Source of the DNA: Cystobasidiomycetes sp. EMM_F5
Taxonomy: Eukaryota
Direction of reading: 5' to 3'
DNA length: 64,000 bases
Assembly: GCA_051047955.1 (NCBI GenBank)
Contig: JBPGPT010000002.1
Location: forward strand, 558,001-622,000
Shown here piece after piece: positions 52,211 through 64,000 of this stretch; the stretch's first letter is position 1; each line of letters begins with the position of its first letter. The position numbers and the translations under genes are program-made. Under the pieces are notes generated by a model. That model ran no database searches, was not told the DNA's origin, and was given only the letters and a program-made list of their open reading frames with translations.

Positions 52211-54023
52211 CTATCGTCTGCGTTCGTCGTAGAACAATCCTGCTCCAGCATAACGGATCGCGAAAGCTAGTACACTGCCGGCTGCCTGAATGGCCATGAT
52301 TGCCATCGTCAGGCGATCTTCACGCAAGGGTCCGCATATACACAGGACCGTATTGATGATTGTCAGATTTGTCGTGGATATGATTGTCCTTCCGTCTTTC
52401 GAATATTGCACTTTGACCAAGCCAAACAGTGCCAGAATGCGCAAGATGAGCGTCGTGACTAAAGAAGGCGGCGATGTGAAAGTCGCCGTGGAAGGGTACA
52501 GGAGACCCGTTGCCGCTTCGAATCTATGCATGAGAAGGGGGAAATGGCGATTAGATATGCTGAATACGAGTACACCTTTTCATTCTTACCTTGGCACCCG
52601 ATGTCTGGGACAAGGTACTAGGCCAAACAATTGGGGGCAAGACAGTATAAAGTTGAAGACTTGAGGGATGAAGAACAGAAGTAGAGTCTTGCTGAAATGC
52701 CCGAGTATGCCGACGACTGCAAATGCCATACCACCAAAGTAACAGAATGTATCTCCGATGAATGACCGGGCGGGATACCTGGTCATGTACAGCCTCAGAC
52801 GAACATACTTCCTCAACAGGAGTATCCAAGACTCACCAGTTCCACTTGAGGAGACCTAAACAGGTGCCAATCAAAGGTAGCATGAAATACAAGCTAAAAA
52901 GGTGGCGATCCGCCAACGCTTCGCTACCTCGAGCCATCCCAAAGCCGACAATGTGCGGCTGGTCACTTCCGTTGGTCGACCAGATGTGAGGGACTATATT
53001 GATGTTGAACGGTACGTATAGCAGATCGTTGAATGCGATGGACACCGCTATCACCAAAGCTTGGCCAACCTGCGTGAGGATCTGATGAGCCTCCATAGGT
53101 AGACGTCATGCAGATCTAGCTGACCTCAACGCCATTGATGCCAGCCAATATGTTTATGCTATTAGTGCAGAAAGTTGACAGCATTGACATGTAGATATAG
53201 TAAAAGGCGCCTGTTTGCCAGACACAATAAACATCTCAGCTTTGAGTAGTCGTCATTCGATGAAGAGGTGCACCTAGTGGCAGAAGGCCGTGTTCTTCGT
53301 TAATTCCGAATAACCGCCTCAAGCCAAAGACCTTGGGTAAGATGACATCGGTCACGCCTGATCCGGCAAAGTACACGACCAGGAGCGGGATGCTTGCAAT
53401 GACTGTCAAGTACAGCAGTCACATCAGCAAGCACGCGAAGGCGGGCGAAGTATTAAACACTCACTTGGTATGGGTAGCTTGTACCGCCAGCGGATATCAA
53501 ACAGATCATCCAAGAATCCTAGAAAGGTTGCAATCAACAGGCTGAGCAGGCTTGCCAAATACGTCGAGAGGGAATGATGAGGAAAAGCAACACCCGCATC
53601 TGCCGTAGGTATATTTTTGATGTGTTCCGACACGGTCGCGGAAAGAAAGTGGGAGTAGTACGGCAACGGCGCAAAGAATGTGAGGAGGAGGAGGTAAACG
53701 GCAGCCCCTATCAAGCCAGTCGATTCCATGCTGCAGTTTTCAGAAAATTCGACAAATGAGCTTTCCTTGACCACGTTGTTGTCGGTTATGCCCATTACGT
53801 ACAGCGCGGGCCCGCTGAGCTTGCCCGTCTTTGCGTCTCTGCCATTTCCTTTCAGCAAGTCGATGCCCTTCAAGCCAACCGCGATAAAGTCATCCTTGAG
53901 CAGCGGTACCAGCGCTGCTGTCGCATGATACGCGACTACCGAAATGAAGCCAGAGCCGGCGATGGTGAGCAGCGGTTCTGGCAGACCAGGCTGCGGACTT
54001 ATCCGCAATTGCGGGTCGCTCAT
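52211..54023 (-). CDS. ALG7: UDP-GlcNAc:dolichyl-phosphate GlcNAc-1-phosphate transferase
   Basis: [64 protein letters not shown] and NLTIIN. Confidence 0.95.
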
Positions 54024-54229
54024 ATTCTAGGTCAGGCTTGTTGGCATTGAGAGCTACGCGAAAGTAACGAAGGCTGAATGTTTTCGGAAGGTGCACTCGA
54101 CTTTTGGCACTGTTCCTGAAAAGGCAAGCCGGACATTCTAGACAGCAGATTCAGGCAGACAGGCGTACTCAAGCAGCCGCGTAGAAGTCAAGTTATACAG
54201 ATGCTATTCCAGCAAAGAATCGCGGCTTC

Positions 54230-55901
54230 CTAGCCTTCGCTTTCCCGCTGTTCAGCTGGAACGCCTGACAACAAGTCTCGGACGTAACGGACAACGCCCC
54301 GCGTCTGGAGAAGCAAGCAAAGGCGAATTGTCAGCATATGCGCTGAGCATGGATTGCAGCGCAATACACCTCACTTGATCAGTGAACTGAGTTCGCGCTT
54401 GATCCGCTACCCATTGCTCAGTGCCTCGTTCTGACGATATGTCCCGTATTTCGAACATAATGCACCCATGCTCTTGCGCCGCCTCACGGTAGCCCGGAAA
54501 ACCTTCATATATATCGACGCCTTCATCGACCGTTTCGACGCCCGGTAAACACAATGATAGCATGTTGTCCGTTTCGAGCATTTGTCGGAAACCATCGAAG
54601 CGACGTATATTTGAAACAGCCTTTCTGAGAGTGTTCTCCTTCCTGTCGGCTTGAGTGAAGAACAAGTGGTCTCCGATCCGCACATCCCGCCATTGACCGC
54701 GATAGCACCGTCCTTCCCAAGTTTTCTCTCCACTATTGATGAGATCGAAGAAGCGTTTCTGAAGTGTTGCTTGGAACGTCCTTGTCTCGTTCTCTTCGGG
54801 CCGCGTTGCTATCTTCATCGGTTGAGGCAACAAACTCGTACCCGTAAGAACAGCTACCAGAGCTTTCCAGCCCGCTTGACTGTATTCCGGCGGACATGCT
54901 GTAAGGTAGGCGCACCAACGTCGATGAGTTGTCTCAACATTGAAGGTTTTGGGCTTCGCAAGCTGGCCGCTGTCATGGCTGACTATGATGCGTCTGCAAC
55001 AGTACGAGCATCTGATGATCAAGCGAGAGGATCCTCCTGCTTCGGACGGAACGTGGTCCTGATCTGCTGTTGCCCAGCCAAAGACGGCGATTATCACAGC
55101 TTCGAAAGCCGGCCTTGCTTCTGTCCTGTCTGTTTCAGCCGGCATCTGGCTTGAATGAGATTCGACTGCTTGGTGCAATCCTTCAGATTCCTGCAGCGAA
55201 AGAGGACTCTGCAATTGTACTGTTCCACACCATTGTAGAGCAGTGGCCTGTTGAGACAAGCGATCCAGCAAATTACGTTTAGGGTGCGATAAGGGCAGTC
55301 GGTATAACGAGGCTAAGGTGATATACGTTAGTTGTCATCGGCTTGGAAAGCGTGCATTGGGAGCAAGCGTACAGGAGCATGGTTTGAGCCTCCACGGACA
55401 TGATTTATCGTGCTTCTCGAGTATGTTCCGCTTCAGATCTTGAGCAGCGCTTTGTCCCTCAGAGCTCCTCCAATCCTTGACATGCGAGACCAGCCATGTT
55501 CCTCCGCAATACGAACATGAAACTTCTTCTCTCTTGCTGGCAGTACACGACCAGCCGTGACGAGCAAAGTCGACGGCACTGCAATCTGCTGGTTTGCTGT
55601 CGTTCCACCACAGGAGCGTGAAGGTCGCCAATCGTTCAAGCAGGTCTGGCAACGATGATGGGCGATACGATGGCCTGCTATCGGAGTCCGCGGTGTCGCC
55701 TGATGCCGCATTAATCACTCGCGCGAGCTCGAGCTGATACTTCTTGCTGGCTGGCAGCAGTGACATGAGCGCGTCTGTGCTCACCGGTGCTTCCCGACGA
55801 CGTCGCTTCTTCGACGGAGTGAGCGGTGCGAAGATGCCGTCCAATGCAGCAACAGCCTCGTAGACGGCATTCTTGCGAGCGGTGTATGGCGCATTTGCCA
55901 T
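54230..55901 (-). CDS. Rsm1/NIPA/Pml39-type C3HC zinc-finger protein fused to an ASCH domain
   Basis: RLATF..W..KP..AVDFARHGW.C..VSCSYC..H...CPW, a second module FGW..IRCSYCCRR..FNV...H..WC, then FFDLINSGEKTWEGR..IGD.L.F (ASCH). Last exon VVRYVRDLL. Confidence 0.8.
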
Positions 55902-56237
55902 GTCGGAAACAAAGGTTTGGGCCAAGTGGTCAGGCAAAATGGCTGCAATCTGGACAGATCTTGTGTTGCCTGGGCATTACATCGAGACGCAATGGCATAC
56001 AACATCCACCTGATACGCAACGTAATCGCCCTCTTGCAGTACTTCGGCTTGCACGCTTCCGCTGTTTATAAGCGCAACAGCTACATAGCATTGATCCACG
56101 GTATTTCGTGACTCGCTCTTATCGCAATCACTTTGCAATTACTTATCTCACTGACACTTTCCGCCTTCCGAAGCGGATGATACCTTATTATCCAAACCCT
56201 GGAGCTTTTCGCTGACGTGTAGCCTTGATTTATCTCG

Positions 56238-58920
56238 TCAAATTTCGTCGGCCGAGAGTTGCCGTAATGCCCAATCGTGAGCTGAAGCAATCTCTTCCGT
56301 CATTGTACTGCGTTGCTGTACGTACTGAGGCATCTCTACAATTTCCGTTGTGAATACCAGCCCAACGTCCTCAACAATGGTCCTACCGTAGGTCCGTGTA
56401 GGCGGCTCAAGCTCGTTCAGTTGCTGCGTTGACCCACTTTCGAAAGATTCTTGTAGCTCCGTCGGACTTGTCTGTCGAACAGGTGCTGGCATGTCAGGAT
56501 TGTGCGCATAGCTCTGCTGAGGTCGCATTGGTGTTGGTGCATCCGAGCTGTCCTGAGAGTGCCGCTGCTGCAGTTCTGACATTGGAGGACCGTGTTGAGC
56601 TGGTTGGGGAGGAGTCAGGCTTTCTGTGTCGGGAGCCCGAAGTTGCGAGTCTTGGGCTTCCTCGCTGCGGCTGTACAAACTCTTGTCGAGCGCTGTCGGG
56701 CACGGCGCCGATGAAGTGGGCATTTTGGCAGCTGATGCTTTGCTACCTGAGGTACGATTCGCTGTGCTGATGTTCAATTGCTTGAGACTTTGCGCTGGTA
56801 TGCCATTGAAGGGCTGAACACTGGCAGCAGCATTTAAGGGCTGACTACTTGCAGTAGTCTGCTTTTCGGATGGTCCTGCTAAAGTGTAGGCTGTTGAAGG
56901 CCCAGCTAATGTGTAAACACTGTGATTGTATTCCGGATCCAGTATGTCCGTTGCATTTTGTGAATATTCTGCCTGATTCAGCATACGCCCCAGGCCAAAC
57001 TTGCTGGGATCAATCATCTCCTTCACCGGTCTCATCGGTTTTGGCGTTCGGACCGAAGTCGCATTGTGACTGAGTCCTGACGTAGTCGTATGCGTGCTGT
57101 TGACGTAAGACAGGTTCCGACGTGGCCTTTGCGGCGGTACTGTAGCGGCAGGCGCGGAAAAAGCTGCGTTTGAAAGGAATGATGATTGTTCGGAAGGCAA
57201 GGCAATTATTTCTGGCCTCGTTGCAGTCACTGCTGCACTCTGTTGACCAGGCGCTACAATTTCTGCGGCCCGCTCAGTCTCCGTAGCGTTACGAACGAAG
57301 AGACGCTTCGACAATGTTTTTGATTGTCTTGTGTCTCCCGGCCTCGAGCTTGCATCCTGGGGCACGTCTGCATAGGTGTCTCTAGCGTACGATGTTCCCA
57401 GTACCAATCGACGTTTGCGAGACTTCCTGCCTGTGACACCTGCCTCGCGCTGGCGCTTCTGGCCGCTCTTGACTAGTGCTGGCGGACTGCATATAGCGTC
57501 AGTTCAGTCACGTAAACAGATCTTCTTGGCTCGGAATAGCTCCTTACGGTACTTCGGATGCTCGTGTCTCGTTCATGTTTGCAAACGCAACTTTCAAAGG
57601 TTTGTGGCCTTTGAGTCTCGCAATCTGCGGCCTTGTGACACGTAGGTTGCCTGTCTTCGGAGGCTTTCGAAGAGCCAACCTGGCGTCAGTGGCCTTGCCA
57701 TCGTCGGCTTCTGCAATGGCGTGCTGTGCTACTGCTGCCAGCTTTACGACGGTGCGGAGCGAGTTGAGCGGTTTCCAGGATCGGGATCTTCGGATTGCAT
57801 TACGTATTGGCCTGACGCGAGGCTCCTCAGTAGCTGCGGGTTTGTCGATTATGTCTATGAAGTCGGTCTGCGATATCCGACCTTTGATGGGCACTGTTGT
57901 GAGGAAATGAATATCCCGCTCATGCACATCGTCATGGGCCTGGGGCGTCGGAACAAGATATCCGAAGGACAGAGGACGTTTGCCGTTGCGCGCGGCTTGT
58001 TGCGGAAGTCTATTATCAGGAATCAGCTCCAGATAAGCATGGCTTTTACCACGCATATCTTCAGTGGGCATTGGCACATCCGAGGAATCCTGCCGAGTGA
58101 TGAGGTTCGACCTCGTCAGTGGGTCCACATGAAAAGCCTGGTCCGGTCTCTCGATATGGTCTGGCCTGCCCACTGGGATGTCTGCGTCAAACAAACAATT
58201 TGCTGCAGAAGCCACATTAAGGCAGAGGGCATTTTCCATATACGAAGGCGAGCGGCGAGGGGTAACGACATCGTAGAAATCATTATCTGGTATATCATAA
58301 CTCGCGTGAGGCGGGTAGTCGACTGGCAAGGGAGGAACAGGAATGTCTGTCGAAGTATCTTGAGCGCCATTCGAAATTCGTGAACGACTTGTACGTTGAT
58401 GAGATAACCGAAGTGGAGTGCCTGGGCGTCTCTCCCAGCTGCCTTCAGCTACACCAGACGAAGATGCCTCTTTCTGGGTGCCGTCCCCGGTACGTGCAAA
58501 AGCGGAACTTTGCCGTCTCATGGTACCTTGATGTTGGTTTCTGAGCGTCGGGAGGTGCGTCGAGCCGTCAAATCCAATCTCATATTGAAACAGACGCTCC
58601 AAAGACGGCACATCCTGAGGCAATTGCAGAAGGTCAGCTGTCGAAGCATATTGAGCGGGATGTGGCGGTTCGGACGGAGCATGTGAGGGTGCTCGAAACA
58701 GAGGGAGTTGCCTGCGCGGTATTGCTTCAGATACAGCGGGAATTCTGTCAATGCGGTATGGCTTCGGATGACGGCTCAGCCAGGCTGCTCCCTTCAGAGG
58801 TTGGTAAACGCCTGGCGTTGGGGGAGTCGGCAGCATAGCCGACGACCATGACGCATGCTGATTCGGGGAAGCCGACGATGTCAGCTGTGGAGCGCCCTGT
58901 GGACTACTCTCGGACCACAT
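56238..58920 (-). CDS. Pro/Ser-rich low-complexity hypothetical protein
   Basis: ORFs of 458 and 389 aa joined by a canonical GTAAGG...CTGAC...CAG intron near 57490-57548. Confidence 0.6.
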
Positions 58921-59052
58921 TCTTGGTCATGATGCGCATCTGATCTGCGGTCCATTGGTTGGTACAAGCCGGAGTCAAAGCAAGATTATCAGAAGCATCT
59001 TTTCACGATGCCGCATAGTGGACAACATTTCACACTATCTAGCATTACGTTA

Positions 59053-61620
59053 TCACGTCCGCGATGACCGTCTAAAGAATGCAGACAATGTTGCAGTGGC
59101 GCTGCTCTTGCGACGTATCGTCAGAATAGGCTTGTGAGAATGGCTTTGAGTGCCAATTGACTTTGCAGATATGCTTCTCTGCATGTGCAGGCGTGCTTCG
59201 TCGACATCTAGTGATGAATCCCTCCCGAAAGGACCAGCCTCTCGCAGTGGCGTGTAGGAGGGAGAAGCGCCGTGCTGAGGCAAATCGCCATGCGTCATTT
59301 TGGGTCCAATGCAGTCATCACCGAAAGTGAAGGGGCTGCTGGCACAGTCAGGAGGTGGTTGGAGAGTGAAACCGGCAAAGTTTGCGAAGAATCCCTCAGC
59401 AGCTGGCGGAAGAACAGGCGAATTTTCGTCCTTGTCGACATCTCGGAAAAGCGGCGTGGAATGACCCAATGCTGGGCTTCGAGCAGGCCATTCGTTTGCT
59501 GGAGTGGTGATAGATGATGTTACGCTCATGTCGGCAAATGAGCTCAGACGCGACGATGTCTGCGACTGCACGGATCTGATGCTCCCAGAACGAATGCTTG
59601 CGCTTGATCTACATGCTCCCCCAATATGAGCCCTGCTACTACGATACGAATGTGTTGAGGATTGCGGACGGCGATGAGCGGACCGCACTCGGCAAGTGCC
59701 GTTGGAGGATGTCATGGATATTTGTGGAGATGCATGTATAGGGCTAAGGATATCAGAATTTGGGTCACTGCCGAAGCGAGGTCGGGTTCTCGGGATATCG
59801 ATAGCTTCGAGCTGTTCAGATCTTCTTCTGACGCTCCGAAGTTTTGTAAAATCTGAATCCATTTCAGGTGTGTCGATTGCATCTTTGTTGTCCATGGCTG
59901 AGTCGGCAAGGTACGGCTCGATCAGGCGTTTCTCAGCGCCCTGAATAGCGAGCACGCGAGGCAGTTCGTAGCAGGCTCTGCGACGTTCTTCGAGCGAAAC
60001 ACTCGTGATGCAAATGTCCTTTGGCGGCAATGGCAAAAAGTGCCCTTTCTGACGTAGACAGACCTGCATAGCGAGGGCGAGTGCGTAAGCTGACCGTGAC
60101 CGCTACATCGCGTGCCTTTACACATACCTTCAGTACCAAGTAGAATCGTGCAGTCGCACTCGGCGTAACGCACGTCTCGCCTAGAGCGTAGTGATACGTG
60201 CTTTTCGATTTGGGGACTGTAGCGTGAATTTCCCCTCGATATGTTCCATCAGAAGTCATACGCAAGTCTGACTCGAACGTTGCCAAAGAGACGTCGTCTA
60301 CACATGGCTTCAATGCAGGCGGCGCCAGATAAGCCGAGTGACCTGCACTCTTGCATAGATCAGACTCGAAGAGGCCCGAGTAGGACGGTGATGCGAGGGC
60401 ACCAATTCGCAGAGGCGTATGATGCTGAGAAGTGAAAGATGATATGCGGTGGTTATCGAGCTGAGGGGAGTTCCTACCGGACGAAACGGCAGACGGACTG
60501 ATCGCTCGTTCCGCTTTCCTCTTGACCGAATGAGAGCGGCTTCGTTTTTGAAGCAGTTTTGGAGACAGCCTATATCCAAGGCTCATCTGAGGAGGCGATG
60601 TGCGAGGCGATGTTGTTTCGACGTGCGACAGCCAAGTCACCTCGCGGCGCAATTCGACAGTGATGCGCCTGGGAGCGTCAGTGGGGTTGTGCGATTGCAG
60701 CTTGTACGATATCGTAAAGTCATCTCCAGATCCGAGGGCAGAAGCTGAGGTCTGAATGGAGTATTGAAGACCTTTGTTGGCATGCGGATCTGACGTCCAC
60801 GAAGGGGTTCCGGCAGGCACGCTTGGTGCAGAGTAGATGCGCAGACCCAGCTGCTGCGAGCGGATTAAACGATCACCGTGCAGTCCAGATGGTGTGTGAA
60901 AGACGACTATTGTCAGTAACGTCAGCAAGGCCTCCGTCATCGACGTGGTAGAAGTGTGCCCTTACTCGCTTCAACGGCCCACCATACACGCCAATTTTTA
61001 AAGGTCATAGCGCTTTTTGCGCCTTGATGCACAGCCTCTGTTGGTATAACTAGACGCCATTGGGATGTAAAGTCGCCTAGATATTCAAGAGCGGCAGCGC
61101 TTTCTCGCCGCCTTGGACGCAAGGCTCCTCCTGCACTGGCAGCGCTTGTGTCTTGGGGTGAAGCTTGCCATACTGTCGTAGAAGTCTCCCACAAGACTAC
61201 ACCCTTGCTGTGTGCATGTCTCGAGTAGAGTTCAGCGGAGGGGCGGCTGGGATGGTGGATGGAAGAGGATGCCAAAGAAGGGGACGAGGAAGACGAGGAA
61301 GAAGCTGAAGAGGATGCGGTGTTGTAGCATGGATGTAGTTCGTGGCAGCTGTCACTCATAGCATGTCTTGCCCCGCTATTGACAGATCCGATCGGTTGCG
61401 GTTGCGAACCTGCAGCGGCATTACTGGCTGAGAAGCTGTCTGTTGTCTCGTAGCAGCGGACTCGGACGACGATAGAGGAAGCTAGCAATGGACGAGCATC
61501 CTCTTCAAGCTTGGTCTGAACAGTGCCAGCTATTGAGACTGGACTGAGACCGAGGAAGCCAGTCGACGGAAAAGTGCGAGCGCTGTTGCCGCGATGGGGC
61601 GTCATGGTGAGGACGACCAT
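59053..61620 (-). CDS. Arrestin-like (beta-sandwich) fungal hypothetical protein
   Basis: FP..GFLGLSPVSIAGTV, IVVRVRCYE, WRLVIP..A.S.MTFKNWRVWWAVEA and ITVELRREV. Three exons. Confidence 0.55.
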
Positions 61621-62926
61621 GTTGCGCCCTTGGAAAACACGGCCGTAGCCAGCAGACCTCGACGAATTTCTTGAGAGCGTACAGATGAGCAGGCAGACGC
61701 TGAGCTGCTGCAGCTCGTCCTGCTAGGTCCCTCTGAGAATCTGGCTTTAGGCTAGCGAGTACCCCCAGGCACTAATCGAGGCTAGCCAATTTACGCCAGA
61801 CTCTGCAAATGGATAGTCGTGAGATGATTCTGAGATGCTCAGCAGCTGATGTTACACATGACACATGAGTGATGTGTGCAATCGCTGCAACGGGGAAGCT
61901 CACCAAGTAGGCGCGTCTGGCCGCTTTCACCACTGGGATCTTCAAGTCTCCGTTTTAGGCAGTATATCGACGGTAGCGATATTGACCACGTATCCCCGGC
62001 GGAAGCCTGTCGACGCGCTGGATAGGCGTATCGTATAGACCCAAGCTGCTGTGCTGTAGCAGTCGGCTCGCAATGCAAGACCCTTCACGCCTCGGTGACG
62101 AGACCCTCCGAGTCTTCAACCGAGCTCAGACCCTCAACGAGCGAGGCGTCTCGTGAACTTATTGCAAATGTCGATGCAAAAGGAATACTCCAAACATTGG
62201 CAGCGTGTGCTCGCATTAATCCTGCGGTGCCGGCGCCTTTGAAGGCTTCTCCATCTAATCTTTCCTCAAACGCCCGGATTCAATTAGCAAAGAGCGTCAC
62301 CCCGCTGAAGCCCTCCGCCCTTTACGAATCGCGCCGCGATGGTCATCATGCGACCATGCTGTTGTAATAAACACACCAGAAACAACGCTTCTACTACGTA
62401 TGTGGTGCCTCTCTACAGTGACAACTGCTGAGAACACACAGCTGGATGGTACATCGCTCATCCTGACTTGCAGCTTGCAAAAGCACCTACTCCATCAGCC
62501 ATCGCGTAACTACGTACACGCGCTTTATATTGTTCAAATGCCATCGCCTCTCGACACGGCAAACCTCACGTGCGCATCGCATGCTGCCAAATTTCGCATT
62601 TGGCAAGACGCCGTTCTCGACCGGATCTGCCCTGAGACGCGATTTATTTGTTTATTTATAGATTCATCAACATGCATATGGACGAGTCTTTGCAGGTTGC
62701 CCGTGTATTGGCACTTTGCGATCCATCTGCAGCTGAACGCACAACTCCATATATATGCATGCCAAAGCTTACCGCTATGTGACAAGGCACAGCTGAATAT
62801 TCGCTGACTGTAACTTCTGCACATCGGTTCGCAAAGCAGTCTTCGTGTGAATCTCGTCAGCAGTCCCATGCCTGATAGACTGCTGGTCGAGCGTTCTCTT
62901 CCTCCGCATACTCTTGCTCCTCCTCG

Positions 62927-64000
62927 TCAAACCCAGTCATCACCACCCAATTCTGCTTCGCGTTCCGCGTTCAGAACGCGCTCCTCGTACTGCAGCACAA
63001 TCTGCAACAATCACAGCCGGCAATCCTTTCTTTAGCAGAAATTATGGAAAGGGAAGCGTCTCAACGCTCCTTACCGCAGCAGTCTCCGGTTGGCCCCAGC
63101 TGCCATAGTCCCAATGACAACCCTCAAAAGGCTGCATGCAACGTGGCCGTTTGTGAGGCTTCTTCATACTCCCATAACCAGACCAACCGAATGCCGCACG
63201 GGTCAAATCCAACAACGTGATACCAGTTTCGTTGTGAAGATTGTCATTTACCCACCAATCGTGGTCCCACACGCCCAGAGGGGGGTCCGCATCATCGCGG
63301 ACGACAAGCTTGGCGCTTTCGACTGGCAGTGTCAGGGCGAAGAGGCTAGAAACGACAATGTGCGAGTCGATTCTGTACTTCTTGCTAAAGTATTGATCGG
63401 ACAGCCGCTGATCAGACAGCTCCGTGCTGACTTCCTTGGTAAGACTATGGATGAATCGGCGTGCACTGTCATCATCATGTCCATCTTGTATCAGATTCAA
63501 CATGGTGGCTGGAATTGAGAGCCTGCATCTGTCTTCGAAGGCCAGTGCCCCAAAGACCGCCAGCAAGGGACAGCCTGGTCGATAAACTGCGTCGATGGCA
63601 GCGGTATTGTATTCGAGTCTGATGTTGGATGGACCAGCAAGGTTGCGAACAGCTTTTAGCCCATCCATCACATCGACAAACGGATGCATTACTGCATCGA
63701 GAATGGGCATCGCTTCGAATGATGGCGGTAGCGGCTCTGGTTCCTCTTCAAGGGGATTGTGGGGCAGTTTCCGATTATCTTGCATCTACAGTCAGACATC
63801 GACCCAGCGCAGTAATTGGATAGACTGACCAATCTCTCGCTGCTTTGTAGTGTACTCCTGCATTATCGTTCGACAGGCTCGACAACGGTCAGAATGGTAA
63901 ATGATTGCAAGAGAGATCGACTTCCACGTCTTCGAGGTATCGATAAGGGTCCTCCCGAAGCCTCGTGTACGAAGCGCAGCCTTCCAGGCAGTCTCGAGGT
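62927..64000 (-). CDS. Hypothetical protein (5' end outside the window)
   Basis: 247-aa ORF plus flanking exons (WKAALRTRGFGR...; IVLQYEERVLNAEREAELGGDDWV*) with plausible introns. Confidence 0.55.

Noticed and set aside
54422..54793. Near-direct repeat tgYctcgttct (10/11 match) flanking the ASCH segment, as a possible target-site duplication
   Set aside because: The copies are 361 bp apart, so not frame-preserving, and fall in different codon frames. A short match like this is plausible by chance.
1..64000. Cryptic peroxisomal extensions by stop-codon readthrough (TGA CTA); tRNA or rRNA genes
   Set aside because: The stop contexts I checked (PDX3, COQ3, RER2, ALG7, TMEM19) lack the readthrough motif, and no tRNA or rRNA signatures were seen by eye.

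Overview
Compact, intron-rich eukaryotic DNA (about 50% GC, introns mostly 50-80 nt with CTRAC-type branch points). It is almost certainly a basidiomycete yeast, plausibly Pucciniomycotina (inference). About 32 spliced genes were reconstructed by eye. Most are housekeeping genes: NNF1, POP5, a CON7-like zinc finger, MVP1, COQ3, PFK-2, PDX3, an MFS transporter, a MYST HAT, a YTH protein, TMEM19, RPS6/RPS13, a Gfd2/QIP-like nuclease, ARE, PET117, RER2, RPP40 and ALG7. The main unusual items are: (1) a four-copy tandem array of an uncharacterised GNAT-fold acyltransferase, where the three intact copies all end in peroxisomal -SKL, the fourth is a pseudogene, and the copies differ by one intron; (2) an Rsm1/NIPA/Pml39-type nuclear-basket zinc-finger protein with an in-frame ASCH domain; (3) a long RPS13 intron closed by a long-range stem; (4) at least four GC-AG introns. 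No tRNA, rRNA, CRISPR array or recognisable transposon was found. All family calls come from motif recognition without database searches, and gene ends are approximate where introns are ambiguous.
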